Shown: positions 36,340-39,657 of the stretch, one piece after another
Layout: every line of letters starts with the position of its first letter
Position numbering within the stretch: the first letter of the stretch is position 1
Origin: Octopus bimaculoides
Lineage: Eukaryota
Length of the DNA stretch: 39,657 bases
Direction: 5' to 3'
Assembly: GCF_001194135.2 (NCBI RefSeq)
Contig: NC_068999.1
Coordinates: 38,851,197-38,890,853 of the forward strand
Notes under the pieces: model-generated
Told to the model about the DNA's origin: nothing
Databases searched by the model: none
The model's input: only the letters and a program-made list of their open reading frames with translations
Position numbers and translations under genes: made by a program

Positions 36340-37019
36340 TGGGGGTAGGTTGAAAAGCTCATAGGCTGACTATGAATGAGTGATGCTAGAGATGTGAAAT
36401 CTTGATTGCATTAATTTCAACTCACCCTATTAATAACTGAAATGTTTCTCTCTGGGTAAAATGACATCTGACTGTTCAAAGGAGACTTCAAATGTAACTA
36501 ATAGCAACTTCTCTTAGATATGGTCAAAAGTTGGGGATGCAAAAGGCATTGTGTTAATATTGACTATCTTCAAAAGGGCCACATCATCGATAGAGAGTAC
36601 TGTGCCAAACTTGCTGAGAAAAGCCTACAAAGCCAGACAAACTGATGAAAGGAGGCTTGTTTCATGATGACAGCACTCCAGCATACAATTCCTTGCTTTC
36701 AATGGCTGTAGCTTGGAATTGGTTGATCACCCTCTTTATTCTCCTGATCTGACCACATTTGACAATCATCTGTTTCCAAAACATGAAGAAAAACTTGGTT
36801 GGGAGCCAGAATCGAAGTGATGATGGAATTATATCTGCTGTTGATGACTTTTTTGACCAACAGGAATGAAAGCTACTTCACCAATGGAATCCAAGGAATG
36901 CAACACCGATCGAAGAAGTGTGTAGACCACAAGTGAGACTTTGTTGAAAAATAAACCTCATTTGGTTACAAACTATGAGTGAATTACGGTCAGCATATGA
37001 GCTTTTGAGTCAACCATCA
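36340..37019 (+). mobile_element. Internally deleted mariner element with both TIRs and TA flanks
   Basis: The left end tgggggtaggttgaaaagctcataggctgac and the right-end reverse complement tgatggttgactcaaaagctcatatgctgac share aaaagctcata.gctgac. TA flanks lie at 36338-39 and 37020-21. Transposase remnants: DAKGIV..IDYLQKGHIIDREYC, FHDDSTPAYNS, ELVDHPLYSPDL..FDNHLFP, MKKNLVG...SAVDDFFDQQ, NGIQGMQHRSKKCVDHK*DFVEK*. Confidence 0.9.
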
Positions 37020-37047
37020 TATGTACATACATACATACATATACTAC

Positions 37048-37090
<43 letters not shown>

Positions 37091-37467
37091 CATTTAATGA
37101 ATGGAGTAAAATGCATATATTCGGTTTTTAATGTCTTACGTTTAAGCTGATTCCCATGCATTTCCCTGAAGAGAAGTTTACATTTTTAACATCGTCGATT
37201 CCTATGGATCGTATAAATTGTAATTCTTCGAAACATATGTTTGAAATTAAAGTATGCAGTTAACATATGCATTTTACTCCATTCATTAATTTTATATATA
37301 CTCAAGTACCCAAAATATCAAGGAGTTTCTACCTCATAAACAGGAGTTACACCACAGTCATTTTGTGATCTTTCCTACCCTGGTATCTATTAACCAATTT
37401 ATTTTGTCCGAGTTATTTATTAATTAGGAGAAAATAAATACATATAATAAAATATATAAATATATAT

Positions 37468-37806
37468 NNNNNNNNNNNNNNNNNNNNNNNNNNNNNNNNN
37501 NNNNNNNNNNNNNNNNNNNNNNNNNNNNNNNNNNNNNNNNNNNNNNNNNNNNNNNNNNNNNNNNNNNNNNNNNNNNNNNNNNNNNNNNNNNNNNNNNNNN
37601 NNNNNNNNNNNNNNNNNNNNNNNNNNNNNNNNNNNNNNNNNNNNNNNNNNNNNNNNNNNNNNNNNNNNNNNNNNNNNNNNNNNNNNNNNNNNNNNNNNNN
37701 NNNNNNNNNNNNNNNNNNNNNNNNNNNNNNNNNNNNNNNNNNNNNNNNNNNNNNNNNNNNNNNNNNNNNNNNNNNNNNNNNNNNNNNNNNNNNNNNNNNN
37801 NNNNNN
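37468..37806. other. Assembly gap (339 N) followed by poly(A)
   Basis: N run seen directly. Confidence 1.
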
Positions 37807-39385
37807 AAAAAAAAAAAAAAAAAAAAAAAAGAAAAATAGGTATTTTACTACATTTCTCTGAATATTTTTTTCATTTACAACAGAATAATTTTAATATAGA
37901 TTTGGAAATTAATTCAAAGACACAGATGTTATATTTGATCAGAAATATGATTGAGAAATGTTTCATATCTTAATTCTAAGGAATCAGAATGGTTGTTGTG
38001 ATTTGTGTTATATCAAAAAGTATTAGAACCTTAAGGGGTGGGGGAACAACTTCAGACTGAGATTTTAGTAAAGTCAGCAAAAAGGCAAACAGTAAACTTG
38101 CTGTGGAGTGTGCAAAACCAACGTCTCCGACAGAATCCTTCCTTGGACAATATTGAAGAAGAACTCTTTCCAAAACGTTGGATTTTCCCACTCCCCATGG
38201 CAAATCCACTGTACATTTTTTTTTATCATAGATTTTATCAAATAATCCAAGTGTTGCTCTCTGGAGTCTGTTTGCTCAAATCTGATTGGATTCTTTGAGT
38301 TTCTTTTGGTGGATGTCTTGCTTTGTCTTAATTCTTGATAAGAGAAATGATTATGATGATATATTTAGACTAGTGTCATCCTCTTGAATGTTTATAGTCA
38401 TATCATTTCATGCATTAGATTTGTACGTCTGACCACAGTAATTCAAGATGGCTGCAATGACCAGCAAGCTGCAGATTTTACACTGGAATGATCTTCTCCT
38501 GTGTGAATTAATTAACAGAGCTTGAGAGTTCCACTGACTCTGAGGTTGCCATAAGGGTACCAAAGAGGGCACTGGACCACTTGAGAGACTCTGCTCCCTG
38601 TTTTGCTCCCTAGGCCTTTTCCTTTCCCAAGGCACTTACAAAGCTGTAAGGGCTTTTGCTTGGAGTTGCTTCCATAACATGCTAATTATCTCTGCATTTT
38701 AAGAAATATATCATGGCGGAATTCATAACCAAGCCATCAGACACATCGTAAACAATTAATATCTTGTTTACAGTTTTTTTGACATGTCTGTTGTTTCAGT
38801 GATTGTCTCACCTGTGTTTTTCTTTCTATCTTCTTCTTTATGAGAATTCTTCGTTCAAATGTCATCTGCTTTGAAAGCAACTGATGAACTGTCTTGCGCA
38901 GAGTTTGTAAAATGGCAAAATAAATCTTTGTTTTGGCCATGAAATCCTGGACAGCTGTATTTCACAAGATTGTCACTTCAATTATAGCATCTTTACTCTC
39001 TTCATTGATCAAGTGCTATTCTGCTTGTTGAAGCTTTACCACTTAATGTGTGTGTATGTGTATGTAGACACACATGCTCAAACACACACATATAGGGATT
39101 GTAATCCAAGTTGTGTCCTCATGAAGCGCATCTGTGTATTTCTATAATCAGATGTATGTAGATATTTTATTTTTTATGAAAAAAATATTCAGGTCTTTTA
39201 TTTTATTATAAATACACTTGTAAAGCTTAATAGGTTTAATCTCTGTCAATCCACTTTAAAAAAGTAATGAACAAAACTATCCTTAGCACGCTATATGCAA
39301 ATTAATTACCTTTGTAAATGAGGTCTCTCTAATCAGTATAGGTTACAGTATTCCTGGGTTTCTGGAAGCTGGACAAAAGGTCCTT

Positions 39386-39425
<40 letters not shown>

Positions 39426-39471
39426 ATGCATGTTCATCATCATCATCATCATCACCACCACCACCACTCAC

Positions 39472-39616
39472 AAAATTCCATGCTGCACAGAATTTTGTGA
39501 ATGAATAGGTCATGGTCTCAAAGCGACGAAAATATTTTGACAAATTAAATTTGAATGTTGAAGTAAATCTAACGGTTTTTGTTTGTTTCTTAAATGGCTT
39601 ATAAGCACCTTCCACA
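39472..39616 (-). CDS. Candidate internal exon (145 nt), product unknown
   Basis: Acceptor aacaatttCAG and donor TTT|GTGAGT. One frame is fully open: VEGAYKPFKKQTKTVRFTSTFKFNLSKYFRRFETMTYSFTKFCAAWNF. I recognise no homolog. Confidence 0.35.
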
Positions 39617-39657
39617 CTGAAATTGTTTTCGTATATATATGAATATATATATATATA

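Noticed and set aside
38160-38200. WGVGKSNVLER resembling a small-GTPase P-loop
   Set aside because: It lacks the first Gly of GxxxxGKS, and no G3/G4 motifs follow.
38471-38508. IHTGE / SFQCKIC C2H2 zinc-finger linker-like motif (minus strand)
   Set aside because: It needs a frameshift, the preceding finger lacks proper Cys/His ligands, and there are no tandem fingers.

Overview
This is AT-rich, microsatellite-saturated eukaryotic draft-assembly DNA with five N gaps. The repeat families (tRNA-headed SINEs, RTE, R4/Dong, Penelope-like and mariner remnants) match what I recall from octopus/cephalopod genomes. That taxonomic call is from memory and was not checked against a database. I found no intact, recognisable protein-coding gene, rRNA, tRNA, CRISPR array or prokaryote-type system. 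Most listed ORFs are microsatellite translation artefacts. Supported content: decayed R4/Dong-type LINE pieces (RT at ~4.2-4.8 kb; REL-endonuclease C-terminus and 3' end at ~8.3-8.7 kb), two mariner remnants (~23.1-23.6 kb; 36.34-37.02 kb with TIRs), a Penelope-like ORF fragment (~25.5-25.8 kb), an RTE-type 3' end carrying a 66-bp higher-order minisatellite, many SINE copies, a ~100-bp hairpin element and a few splice-site-flanked exon candidates. The two most interesting signals are: (1) three minimal type-I hammerhead-ribozyme-like motifs (an inverted pair at 16.0/16.4 kb and a second family at 33.35 kb), of the kind known from Penelope-like element repeats, all slightly degenerate; and (2) a three-domain CpG landscape (depleted flanks, CpG-retaining ~9-33 kb centre), suggesting methylated gene bodies at both ends, with a candidate first coding exon (MSQEQRKNKGKK|GTAAGG) near the left boundary. 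Nothing here can be claimed as a novel system from sequence alone.
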